From Nitriliruptorales bacterium (GTDB lineage: Bacteria > Actinomycetota > Nitriliruptoria > Nitriliruptorales > JAHWKO01): DNA of 64,000 nucleotides. The position numbers were made by a program, and so were the translations under genes. Below the pieces are notes generated by a model. That model had not been told where the DNA came from. It saw only the letters and a program-made list of their open reading frames with translations, and searched no databases. Position 1 is the first letter of the stretch, and each line of letters begins with the position of its first letter. The DNA lies in the NCBI GenBank assembly GCA_046263195.1, contig JBHELG010000033.1:4364-68363 (forward strand), read 5' to 3'. Shown here in pieces: positions 28,413 to 36,766 of the stretch.

Positions 28413-29671
28413 ACCCTGCCCGCATCACGGTGATCGGAGTCGGCGCATACGGGCTCCCTCCCTCGGGGCGGGAGGCCCTCGTCGAGGCGGACCTCGTGGT
28501 CGGCGGCCGGCGCCTGCTCTCCCTCTGCCATGACGAGATTCCTCGAGGCGCCGCCACCGTCGTCATCGGGGGCGACCTCACGCCGGCTCTGGACGCGATC
28601 GAAGCGGCGAACGGGGACGTGGTGGTGCTCGCCTCGGGCGATCCGGGTTTCTTCGGCATCGTCCGTGCCCTCTCGGAACGTCTCGGCCGTCGTCGTCTCC
28701 GCGTCCTGCCGGGCGTATCGGCGGTAGCGACCGCCTTCGCTGCCGCCGGCTTGTCCTGGGACGATGCGATCGTCGTGAGCGCCCACGGTCGCGATCCCGC
28801 CACCGCCGTTCACGCCTGCCTGGCCCATCCGAAGGTGGCCGTGCTCACAGCTCCGGGATTCGGACCGGTCGATCTCGCCCAGGCATTGAGGCGGGCTGGT
28901 TGCGACGAGCGCACCTTCATCGTGGCGGAGCGCCTTGGCGAGCCCGGATCGCGCATCGTCGAGTCGGGGCTCGATGAGGTCGCCGGTCGGGTCTTCGGGC
29001 ATCCGAACGCTGTCGTCGTCCTCGACGAGCGGGCCGCGATGCGCGCGAGCGGAGCAAGCTCTCCCCGCAGACACGTTCCCGATGGGTGGGCCCTGGACCC
29101 GACGGAGTTCGCTCACCGTGCCGGCATGATCTCGAAGCGCGAGGTACGCGCGTTCGCCCTTGCCACGCTCGGTCCCGGCCTGGGGGACCTCGTCTGGGAC
29201 GTGGGGGCGGGCAGCGGCTCGGTGGCGGTCGAATGTGCCCGCTTCGGCGCCGCCGTCGTCGCCATCGAACGCGATGCGGAGGCGTGTGCCCTCATCGAGA
29301 AGAACGCCGCAGCCCACGATGTCGCCCTACGGGTCGTTCACGGCAGGGCCCCTGCGGCGCTGAAGGGCCTGCCCGACCCCGATGCCACCTTCGTCGGTGG
29401 CGGAGGCCCCGACCTCGAGAAGATCCTCGTCGAAGTCCTGGCCCGCACCTCTCGAGCGGTCGTCGTAGCCCTCGCCACCGTCGAACGGGTCGGGCCGACG
29501 CTCGCCGCATGCAACAGCGGGGGCTGGGAGGCATCGGCACGGATGCTGCACGTCTCGGACCTCGCTCCTCTCCCCGGTGGTCGTACCCAGGGCGACGCCG
29601 CGCACCGCCTCGCGGCGCACAACCCGATCTTCATCATCGAAGGGAGTCGCATCCGAGAGCAGCGCTCGTGA
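28406..29671 (+). CDS. cobL: precorrin-6Y C5,15-methyltransferase (decarboxylating) CobL (CbiE+CbiT)
   Basis: 3' 421 codons of ORF 28223..29671. The GTG at 28406 overlaps cbiD by 7 nt. 'VLASGDPGFFGI' is the CbiE part; 'VWDVGAGSGSVAVE' is the CbiT SAM motif. Confidence 0.85.
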   Translation: MLNPARITVIGVGAYGLPPSGREALVEADLVVGGRRLLSLCHDEIPRGAATVVIGGDLTPALDAIEAANGDVVVLASGDPGFFGIVRALSERLGRRRLRVLPGVSAVATAFAAAGLSWDDAIVVSAHGRDPATAVHACLAHPKVAVLTAPGFGPVDLAQALRRAGCDERTFIVAERLGEPGSRIVESGLDEVAGRVFGHPNAVVVLDERAAMRASGASSPRRHVPDGWALDPTEFAHRAGMISKREVRAFALATLGPGLGDLVWDVGAGSGSVAVECARFGAAVVAIERDAEACALIEKNAAAHDVALRVVHGRAPAALKGLPDPDATFVGGGGPDLEKILVEVLARTSRAVVVALATVERVGPTLAACNSGGWEASARMLHVSDLAPLPGGRTQGDAAHRLAAHNPIFIIEGSRIREQRS

Positions 29672-31350
29672 CGCGCATCGTGTTGGCCGCCGCCACCGCC
29701 GCGGGGCGGCGCCTCGCTGCCGACCTCGCCAGCCACCTCGGCGGGCACCTCCACCCGGGGACGATCAGGGACGCCATATCCGCGGCATGGCAGCGGGCCG
29801 ACCAACTCGTCCTGGTCATGGCCACCGGCGCGGCCGTTCGCCTCCTCGCCGACCACCTCCGCGACAAGGACACCGACCCGGGAGTCGTCTGCGTTGACGA
29901 CGCGGGCCGCTTCGCGGTCGCCCTGGTCGGTGGGCACGAGCGCGGCGCGAATGCGTTGGCGCAACGGGTCGCGGTCCACCTCGGCGCCACCCCTGTGATC
30001 ACGACCGCCTCCGAGTCGCATGACCTGCCAGCACTGAGCGCTCTCGGCTCCCACTTCGGCCTCCGTGTCGACCCCGACAGTGACCTCCCCGCCGTTGGAG
30101 GGGCACTCCTCGGCGGTGGGCCCGTGCACCTCCTGAGAGAGCGGCCGTGGCCGCTCGGTCCCCTCCCCGATGTCATCGAGGTCGACACCCCGGTCCCCCC
30201 TCTGCTCTGGGTGACCGACAGGAGCGTCGTGTCGCCCCGCCCCGCAGTCGTCTACCGGCCTCCGACCCTCGTCGTCGGTGTCGGCGCAAGCAGCGGCGTC
30301 ACGGCTGAGGAGGTCATCGCCCTCATCGACTCGGCCTTGGCCGACGCGGGCCTGTCACCGGGTTCGGTCGCGTGCCTCTCCACGCTCGACCTGAAGGCCG
30401 ACGAGGAAGGGATCGTCGAGGCCGCCGCCACTCGAGGTTGGCCCCTGCGCACCCTGCCGGCCGAGCGGCTCGCGGCCATCCCGGTTCCAAACCCATCGGC
30501 CGTCGTGGCGGCCGCCGTGGGCACGCCGAGTGTGGCCGAGGCCGCCGCACTCCATCTCGGGGGAGAGTTGCTCATCGAGAAGCGGCGTGGCCCCATGGCG
30601 ACCGTCGCGATCGCTCGCCGCCCCACCCGGGGCCATCTCGCCCTCGTCTCGCTCGGACCCGGCGCCGACGACCTCCTCCCGCCCCGTGCCCGCGTCGCCC
30701 TGGCCCGTGCCGAGATCGTCGTCGGCTACCACGGCTACCTCGAGCTCGCCCGTCCCCACCTCGCCCGCGGGGCCCGGCTCGAAGCCTTTCCCCTCGGCGA
30801 TGAGACGGCACGTGCACAGCGCTGCCTCGAGCTCGCCCGGACCGGACACGCAGTCGCTCTCGTGTCGAGTGGCGACGTGGGCGTCTACGCGATGGCATCC
30901 CCGACTCTCGAACGGGCCGAGCCCGACGTCGACGTGGAGATTGTGCCGGGCGTCACCGCGGCACAGGCCGCCGCGGCCCTACTCGGGGCGCCCCTCGGCC
31001 ACGATCACTGCGCCATCTCACTCTCGGACCTGCTCACTCCCTGGGACGTCATCCGTCACCGCGTGACCGCGGCGGCCATCGCCGACTTTGTCGTCGCCAT
31101 CTACAACCCACGCAGCCCCGCACGCCACTGGCAGCTCGACGAAGCCCGACGCATCCTGCTCGACCACCGCGAGCCAGACACTCCCACCGGAGTCGTCCAC
31201 GACGCCTTCCGCCCCCGCCAGCGTGTCGGGCTCACCACGCTGGGCAAGCTCGACGTCAGCGACGTCGATATGACCACCGTCGTGCTCGTCGGCAGCTCGC
31301 GGACTCGTGTTGTGGGCGGCCGCATGGTGACTCCGCGGGGATACACGTAG
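29668..31350 (+). CDS. cbiG/cobJ: CbiG (cobalt-precorrin-5A hydrolase) fused to precorrin-3B/cobalt-factor-III C17-methyltransferase (CobJ/CbiH)
   Basis: 3' 560 codons of ORF 29086..31350. GTGA overlap. The N-terminal ~320 aa are CbiG-like ('VLVMATGAAVRLLA...VCVDDAGRFAVALVGGHERGAN', 'VVGVGASSGV...LDLKADEEG'). The C-terminal part is 'LALVSLGPGADDLLPPRA...VSSGDVGVYAMA'. Confidence 0.85.
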   Translation: MTRIVLAAATAAGRRLAADLASHLGGHLHPGTIRDAISAAWQRADQLVLVMATGAAVRLLADHLRDKDTDPGVVCVDDAGRFAVALVGGHERGANALAQRVAVHLGATPVITTASESHDLPALSALGSHFGLRVDPDSDLPAVGGALLGGGPVHLLRERPWPLGPLPDVIEVDTPVPPLLWVTDRSVVSPRPAVVYRPPTLVVGVGASSGVTAEEVIALIDSALADAGLSPGSVACLSTLDLKADEEGIVEAAATRGWPLRTLPAERLAAIPVPNPSAVVAAAVGTPSVAEAAALHLGGELLIEKRRGPMATVAIARRPTRGHLALVSLGPGADDLLPPRARVALARAEIVVGYHGYLELARPHLARGARLEAFPLGDETARAQRCLELARTGHAVALVSSGDVGVYAMASPTLERAEPDVDVEIVPGVTAAQAAAALLGAPLGHDHCAISLSDLLTPWDVIRHRVTAAAIADFVVAIYNPRSPARHWQLDEARRILLDHREPDTPTGVVHDAFRPRQRVGLTTLGKLDVSDVDMTTVVLVGSSRTRVVGGRMVTPRGYT

Positions 31351-31611
31351 ATGACGCTGACCAGGAGCGACCCGCCAGGAGCTGCCGTCGGTCACCTCGG
31401 ACGCAGGAGGACCTGTGAAACCCCCCTCTACACCGTCACCGTCGACTGCACCGCATGCGGTGCCTGCCTGCGCACCTGCCCGGAACGCTCCATCCGCCCC
31501 GCCGTCCCAGGCTCCCCTGCCCCGCTCGTCGTGCTCGACACCTGCAGCGGATGTGGCGAGTGCGCCGAGATCTGCCCGGTCGAGGCCTGCGTGGAGGTGA
31601 CGCGGTCATGA
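31351..31611 (+). CDS. 2x[4Fe-4S]-type ferredoxin embedded in the corrin operon
   Basis: ORF track 86 aa. The ATG directly abuts the cobJ TAG. Two cluster motifs: 'CTACGACLRTCP' and 'CSGCGECAEICP'. Confidence 0.75.
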   Translation: MTLTRSDPPGAAVGHLGRRRTCETPLYTVTVDCTACGACLRTCPERSIRPAVPGSPAPLVVLDTCSGCGECAEICPVEACVEVTRS

Positions 31612-32183
31612 GACATCCCATCGAGGCGGAGAGCTACGCGATCCTGCGTGGCCTGCTCGACCTGTCGCACCTGCCCCCACTTGGGCGCGCGGTCGTCGAA
31701 CGCGTGGTGCACGCGAGCGCCGACCTCGACTACGTCAGCGACCTCGTCCTCGACGAGGAGGCACTCAGCCGGGGACAGGCCGCGCTACGAGCCGGCGCTC
31801 CCATCGTCGCCGACGTCGACATGGTCGCCGTGGGGATCACGGGCCGCAGGGTGCGCAACTTCGTCTCCGACGTTCGCGCCAGCCGCCTGGCGGCGGAGGT
31901 CGGAGGGACCCGCAGTTCGGCCGCCGTCAAGGTCGCCCGGGACGAGGTCGGTCCGGGGGCGGTGTGGGTCGTGGGCTGCGCCCCCACCGCCCTCGTCACC
32001 CTGCTCGAGATCGACGCCGCTCCCGCCTTCGTCGTCGGCCTGCCGGTCGGGTTCGTCGGCGCGGTCGAAGCCAAGGCTGCGCTGCGCGCCTCCGGTCTTC
32101 CCGCCGTGTCCAACCTCGGACCGAAGGGTGGGTCCGCGGTCGCGGCCGCCGCCGTCAACGCCCTGCTCGAGGATGTCTCATGA
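31608..32183 (+). CDS. cobH: precorrin-8X / cobalt-precorrin-8 methylmutase CobH/CbiC
   Basis: 3' 191 codons of ORF 31455..32183. ATGA overlap. 'VVHASADLDY' and 'VVGCAPTAL...GFVGAVEAK' are present. Confidence 0.9.
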   Translation: MRHPIEAESYAILRGLLDLSHLPPLGRAVVERVVHASADLDYVSDLVLDEEALSRGQAALRAGAPIVADVDMVAVGITGRRVRNFVSDVRASRLAAEVGGTRSSAAVKVARDEVGPGAVWVVGCAPTALVTLLEIDAAPAFVVGLPVGFVGAVEAKAALRASGLPAVSNLGPKGGSAVAAAAVNALLEDVS

Positions 32184-33133
32184 GCTCCCGCGCACACCGT
32201 CGGCCGCCAACCAACCTGCCGCTCGGCGTCCAACGATCGCCAGCCCCGTACAGCTCCACAGCCCCAGGCGATGCCCTCCTCGTCGCCGGGCACGGATCAC
32301 GGGACGACGACGGGGTGGTCGAGTGCGCCGCGCTCGTACAGCAACTGCGGCTGCTGCGCCCCGACCTGCCCGTCGCTCTCGGCTTCATCGAGTTCGCCCC
32401 TCCACCGCTCCGTGAGGCCGTCGCCGGGCTCGTCGCAGGGGGGGCCACCAGCATCACCGTCATCCCACTCGTGCTGCTCGGTGCCGGCCATGCGAAGACC
32501 GACGTTCCCGCCGCCATGCAGCGGGCACGTGACGCCCACCCCGACGTGACCTTCCACTACGGTGCGCCGCTGGGCGTCCACCCCGATCTCCTCACCGTCG
32601 TCGACCAGCGGCTCGACGCCGCCCTTCCCCCAGCCGCTCGTGTCGACACCGCGGTTCTGCTCGTCGGACGGGGGTCGTCGGACCCGGACGCGAATGCCGA
32701 CCTTGCCAAGGTCGCCCGGCTGCTGTGGGAGGGTCGTCCGCACGAAACGGTCGAGTTCGCCTTCGTAGGCATCACCGCTCCGTTGGTCCGAGCCGGACTC
32801 GATCGGTGCCGACGGCTCGGTGCCCGTCGCATCGCCGTGGTGCCCTACTTCCTGTTCACGGGAGTTCTGCTGCACCGCATCAAGTCCGAAGCAGACGCAT
32901 TCGCCGCCGCCAATCCCGGTCTCGACGTCGTCGTCACCGCCCACCTCGGCGCCGATCCCCGCATCGCGCGGCTGGTGCTCGACCGCTTCGACGATGCCCG
33001 GGACGGCCGCGCCCAGCCGAACTGCGACGTGTGCCAGTACCGCATCCCGCTGCCCGGCTTCGAACAGCGGGTCGGAGCCCCACAGACGCTCCACTTCCAC
33101 CCTCACGACCCTTGCCCAGAGGGGCTCAGGTGA
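32180..33133 (+). CDS. cbiX: sirohydrochlorin cobaltochelatase, long-form CbiX (two CbiX domains)
   Basis: 3' 317 codons of ORF 31964..33133. ATGA overlap. 'LLVAGHGSRDDDG' and a second domain 'LLVGRGSSDPDAN'. C-terminal Cys pair 'NCDVCQYR'. A SirB-type ferrochelatase role cannot be excluded from sequence alone. Confidence 0.75.
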   Translation: MSSRAHRRPPTNLPLGVQRSPAPYSSTAPGDALLVAGHGSRDDDGVVECAALVQQLRLLRPDLPVALGFIEFAPPPLREAVAGLVAGGATSITVIPLVLLGAGHAKTDVPAAMQRARDAHPDVTFHYGAPLGVHPDLLTVVDQRLDAALPPAARVDTAVLLVGRGSSDPDANADLAKVARLLWEGRPHETVEFAFVGITAPLVRAGLDRCRRLGARRIAVVPYFLFTGVLLHRIKSEADAFAAANPGLDVVVTAHLGADPRIARLVLDRFDDARDGRAQPNCDVCQYRIPLPGFEQRVGAPQTLHFHPHDPCPEGLR

Positions 33134-34761
33134 CCCGCATCCTCGTCCTCGGCGGTACGAAGTCGGGCAAGACCACGCTTGCCGAGCAACTTGCCGCCGC
33201 ACCGGGTCGTCCCGTCGCCGTCGTCGCGACCGCCCAGGTGACCGACCCGGAGATGGCGGAGCGGATCAGCCGCCATCGCGAACGTCGCCCCTCCAGCTGG
33301 ACGACCATCGAAGACGTCGACCTGAGGGATGCCCTCGACATGGTCGGCCCCCACGACAGCGTGATCGTCGACGCACTCGACACGTGGCTGGCCCGCCGCA
33401 TGGGGGCGGCTGGGCTGTGGACCGACCAGGCGACCGCCCCGCTGGGTGCGAGCGGCACGAGGGTTGTCGAGGCCATCCTCGCCGAGCTCGCCGCATTCTG
33501 GGCAGCCGCCGGGAGCCGGAGCGGACTCAGCGTGGTCGTCGCCGGGCAGCCCGGCTGGGCTCCCGTGCCAGCCGACGCTTCTACCCGTCGCTTCCTCGAT
33601 GTGCACGGGACCGCGATCCAGGGGCTGTCCGCCAGCGCGGACCGCGTGATGATGGCGGTGGCCGGTCGCGCCCTCGAGCTGACTGCCGCCCCCACCCGGT
33701 TCGAGTCACAAGAGGCGCAAAACGTGCCGGAACTGCGTGAGCACGGCGACACCCAAGCCCCGCCCGGCACCCTCGACCTCGCGGTCAACGTCCAGTCCGA
33801 CCTGCCCCGCTGGCTGCGGCAACGTCTGGCCGAGACGCTCGAGCGGGTGACGAGCTATCCCGACACCACCCGTGCCCGCGCGGCCGCCGCAACCCGACAC
33901 GACCGGCCCCCGGCGGAGTGCCTGCCGCTCGACGGCGCAGCCGAGGCTTTCTGGTTGCTCGCTTCCACGCTGCGGCCAGGCCGGGCGGTATGTGTCCACC
34001 CTTCCTTCACCGAACCCGAAGCGGCCCTGCGCGCGCATGGCCACCGGGTGACGCGCGTCTTCCGCGACCGTGAGCGAAATTGGGGACTCGACCCCGACGC
34101 CGTACCCCCCGAGGCAGATCTCGTCGTCCTCGGTCGTCCCGACAACCCCACCGGAGCACTCGACCCCTTGGACGACATCGCGGCGCTCACCCGAGAGGGT
34201 CGCACCCTCGTCGTCGACGAGTCGTTCGCCGAATTCCTGCCCGACGAGCGCCTCACCCTCGCCGCTCGTCGCGACCTTCCCGGCCTCGTCGTCATACGCA
34301 GCCTCACGAAGCTGTGGGGTCTTGCGGGCCTTCGAGTCGGCTATCTGCTCGCCGCGGCCGACCTCGTCGCCCGACTCGACTCGAAGCGGCAGCCGTGGTC
34401 GGTCAACGCGCTCGCCGCTGAGGCCCTCGTCGCCTGCGTCGCGGCTGAGGACGAGCGCCAGGCACGCGCCCGCCGGGTCGCCACGGAACGTGAGCGGCTC
34501 GAGGCGGTTCTGCGCACCGTCCCCGGCCTCGTCGTGTGGCCCTCCGCGGCCAACTTCCTCCTGCTTGCGGCCCCCGGCGTCAGCGACCTGCGCCAACGCC
34601 TACTCCGACGGGGGGTGGCGGTACGGCGCGGCGAGACATTTCCCGGGCTCGGCCCCGACCACGTTCGTGTCGCCGTTCGCGAGCCTGCCGACAGTGATCA
34701 ACTCGTCGCCGCCGTGCGCGAATCGCTGGGTGTCGAGAGCCCGCGCCTGTGCGCGACGTGA
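33130..34761 (+). CDS. cobU: fusion of adenosylcobinamide kinase/guanylyltransferase (CobU/CobP) with an L-threonine-phosphate decarboxylase-type aminotransferase (CobD/CobC)
   Basis: 3' 543 codons of ORF 32725..34761. GTGA overlap. N-terminal P-loop 'ILVLGGTKSGKTTLAE'. C-terminal class-I/II aminotransferase fold with the PLP lysine context 'VVIRSLTKLWGLAGLRVGY'. No stop codon between the halves. Confidence 0.8.
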   Translation: MTRILVLGGTKSGKTTLAEQLAAAPGRPVAVVATAQVTDPEMAERISRHRERRPSSWTTIEDVDLRDALDMVGPHDSVIVDALDTWLARRMGAAGLWTDQATAPLGASGTRVVEAILAELAAFWAAAGSRSGLSVVVAGQPGWAPVPADASTRRFLDVHGTAIQGLSASADRVMMAVAGRALELTAAPTRFESQEAQNVPELREHGDTQAPPGTLDLAVNVQSDLPRWLRQRLAETLERVTSYPDTTRARAAAATRHDRPPAECLPLDGAAEAFWLLASTLRPGRAVCVHPSFTEPEAALRAHGHRVTRVFRDRERNWGLDPDAVPPEADLVVLGRPDNPTGALDPLDDIAALTREGRTLVVDESFAEFLPDERLTLAARRDLPGLVVIRSLTKLWGLAGLRVGYLLAAADLVARLDSKRQPWSVNALAAEALVACVAAEDERQARARRVATERERLEAVLRTVPGLVVWPSAANFLLLAAPGVSDLRQRLLRRGVAVRRGETFPGLGPDHVRVAVREPADSDQLVAAVRESLGVESPRLCAT

Positions 34762-35819
34762 CCCTCTCCGACCGCGTCCGAGAGCTCGCCGCCGACGTCG
34801 TCGCCGTCGACCGCGAGGCCGCTGCGGCCGCAGAGGCCCGCCAGTTGCAACTCGCGAAGCCTCCGGGCAGCCTCGGCGCCCTCGAGCCTCTCGGCGCGCA
34901 GCTGTGCGCGATCGCCGGAGACTGTCCACCCCCGATGCCGACACAGGCGGCGCTCCTGCTCGCCGCTGCCGATCACGGCGTCCACGCATCGGGGGTCACT
35001 CCCTGGCCGCAGGACGTCACCCGACGCCTGGTCGAGGCGCTTTGCCGCGGAGGAGGGACGGCGAACGTCCTCGCCGACCTGGTGGGCTGCCGCGTGTGCG
35101 TCCTGGATGTCGGCGTCGCTGGGGAGCTGGGAGGTCATCCGCGCCTACGACGCGCCCGAGTTCGGCTCGGTACCGCTGATCTTCGTACCACGGAGGCGAT
35201 GAGGGAGGAGGAGGCGGCCCGCGGCGTGCTGGCGGGTGCCGGAGTCGCCGAGGAGCTCGTCGGCGCCGGCGCCGATCTTCTCGTCACAGGCGAGGTGGGC
35301 ATGGCGAACACTACCGCAGGCGCCTGTCTCGTGGCCGCCCTCACAGGCGCCGATCCTGTCAGCGTGACGGGGCGCGGCTCCGGCGTGGACGACCACGGGC
35401 TCGCCCGTAAACGCGCCGTTGTCGCCGAGGCACTGGCCCGTCACGGGAACGACACTCGTCCACTGCGGGTCCTCGCGTCCCTTGGCGGGCTCGAGCATGC
35501 CGCCCTCGTCGGTCTCATCCTCACCGCTGCCGCCGAGGGCCTTCCTGTCCTTCTCGACGGGCTGGCAGCGCTGGCCGCGGCGCTGGTCGCCACATCGCTC
35601 GCCCCGGACGTGGTCGGCTACCTCATCGCCGGCCACCGCCCGGCCGAGCCGGGAGCGAGCGTCGCGCTGGACCACCTCGGCCTCGAGCCCCTGCTCGACC
35701 TCGGGCTGCGGCTCGGAGAGGGCACCGGAGCGCTGCTCGCCATCCCGCTCGTCCAAGCTGCGGCCCGCGTCCTGCGCGACGTCGCCACACTCGCAGACGT
35801 CGGAATCGTGCCACCGTGA
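34749..35819 (+). CDS. cobT: nicotinate-nucleotide--dimethylbenzimidazole phosphoribosyltransferase
   Basis: ORF track 356 aa. An alternative GTG at 34758 would give a GTGA overlap. 'LAKPPGSLGALEPL', 'GEVGMANTTAGA' and 'LGEGTGALLA' are present. Confidence 0.85.
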   Translation: MRDVTLSDRVRELAADVVAVDREAAAAAEARQLQLAKPPGSLGALEPLGAQLCAIAGDCPPPMPTQAALLLAAADHGVHASGVTPWPQDVTRRLVEALCRGGGTANVLADLVGCRVCVLDVGVAGELGGHPRLRRARVRLGTADLRTTEAMREEEAARGVLAGAGVAEELVGAGADLLVTGEVGMANTTAGACLVAALTGADPVSVTGRGSGVDDHGLARKRAVVAEALARHGNDTRPLRVLASLGGLEHAALVGLILTAAAEGLPVLLDGLAALAAALVATSLAPDVVGYLIAGHRPAEPGASVALDHLGLEPLLDLGLRLGEGTGALLAIPLVQAAARVLRDVATLADVGIVPP

Positions 35820-36625
35820 GAGCCGCGCTCGGCTTTCTCACCCTGCTACCCGTCGGGGAGCCCGAGCCACCCGGACCCGGCAACCTGGCGGTCTTCCCCC
35901 TCGTCGGAGGGTTGCTCGGCCTCGTGTGGGTAGCAGCCGGCATGGGAGGGGAGGCGCTGGGGGGCCCGCCCGTGGGGGCGGGAATGGTGCTCGTCGTCGA
36001 CCTTCTCGCGACCGGGGCGCTGCACCTCGATGGTCTCGCGGACGTGGCCGACGGTGCCGCCTCGCGTCTTCCTCCCCACGAAGCCCAGACTGTCATGCGC
36101 GACCCCCGGATCGGCGCGGTGGGGGCTGCCACCCTCTGCACCGCGCTGCTCGTCCGCTTCGCCCTCATCGCCGCCGCGCTCCCCACCCCTGCCATCCTCA
36201 TCGCGGCCCCCGCAGCGGGGCGAGCGGCGATGGTGTGGACACTCGGTCGGCTGCCGCACACCTCGGGTGCCAGCGCAGGCGGCGGGCAGGCGGGACAACT
36301 CGGGGCCTCCGGAGGCGGCGGGCAGGCAGGCGGGCCTTCCGGCTCGCTCGGTACCGCGTTGGCCCATCGTGCCGGGCTGGCGGTTCGGGCGGCAGCCGTG
36401 GCTCTCGTCGCCGTCGTGACCGCGGGCGCATTCGCCCTCGCCCGACATTCCCCGGCGACTGTGGTCGCCGCGACGGCGGTCGCTCCGGCACTCATCGTGC
36501 TCGTCAGCGAACCAGCTGCTAGATGGTGGTCCCGCCGCTTCGGGTTCCTCTCCGGCGACGCCGTCGGCGCCGTGGGTGTCGTGACAGAACTCGTCGTCGT
36601 GGCCGGATTGCTCCTCGCCACGTGA
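35816..36625 (+). CDS. cobS: adenosylcobinamide-GDP ribazoletransferase (cobalamin synthase)
   Basis: ORF track 269 aa. GTGA overlap. Polytopic, with 'HLDGLADVADG'. It contains a Gly/Gln-rich insert encoded by an imperfect 36-nt duplication. Confidence 0.85.
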   Translation: MRAALGFLTLLPVGEPEPPGPGNLAVFPLVGGLLGLVWVAAGMGGEALGGPPVGAGMVLVVDLLATGALHLDGLADVADGAASRLPPHEAQTVMRDPRIGAVGAATLCTALLVRFALIAAALPTPAILIAAPAAGRAAMVWTLGRLPHTSGASAGGGQAGQLGASGGGGQAGGPSGSLGTALAHRAGLAVRAAAVALVAVVTAGAFALARHSPATVVAATAVAPALIVLVSEPAARWWSRRFGFLSGDAVGAVGVVTELVVVAGLLLAT

Positions 36626-36766
36626 CGCACGGGGGGCGGCTTCTGGCACGGTCTCAGGAAGGGGGGCGTAGGGTGAGCCGACCGGGCGCGGAGCAGGAGG
36701 GACGCCCCAGTTCATCCTCGGGCCGCCGGGCCGCGGCCGCGCCGGCGGCGATCACCGGAGGAGACG

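Noticed and set aside
35623-36630. Minus-strand ORFs of 289-335 aa over cobT and cobS (35623..36630 and 35846..36715); likewise 19321..20472 over the cobN end
   Set aside because: They are antisense to well-supported cob genes. The products are Arg/Ala/Pro/Ser-rich without motifs.
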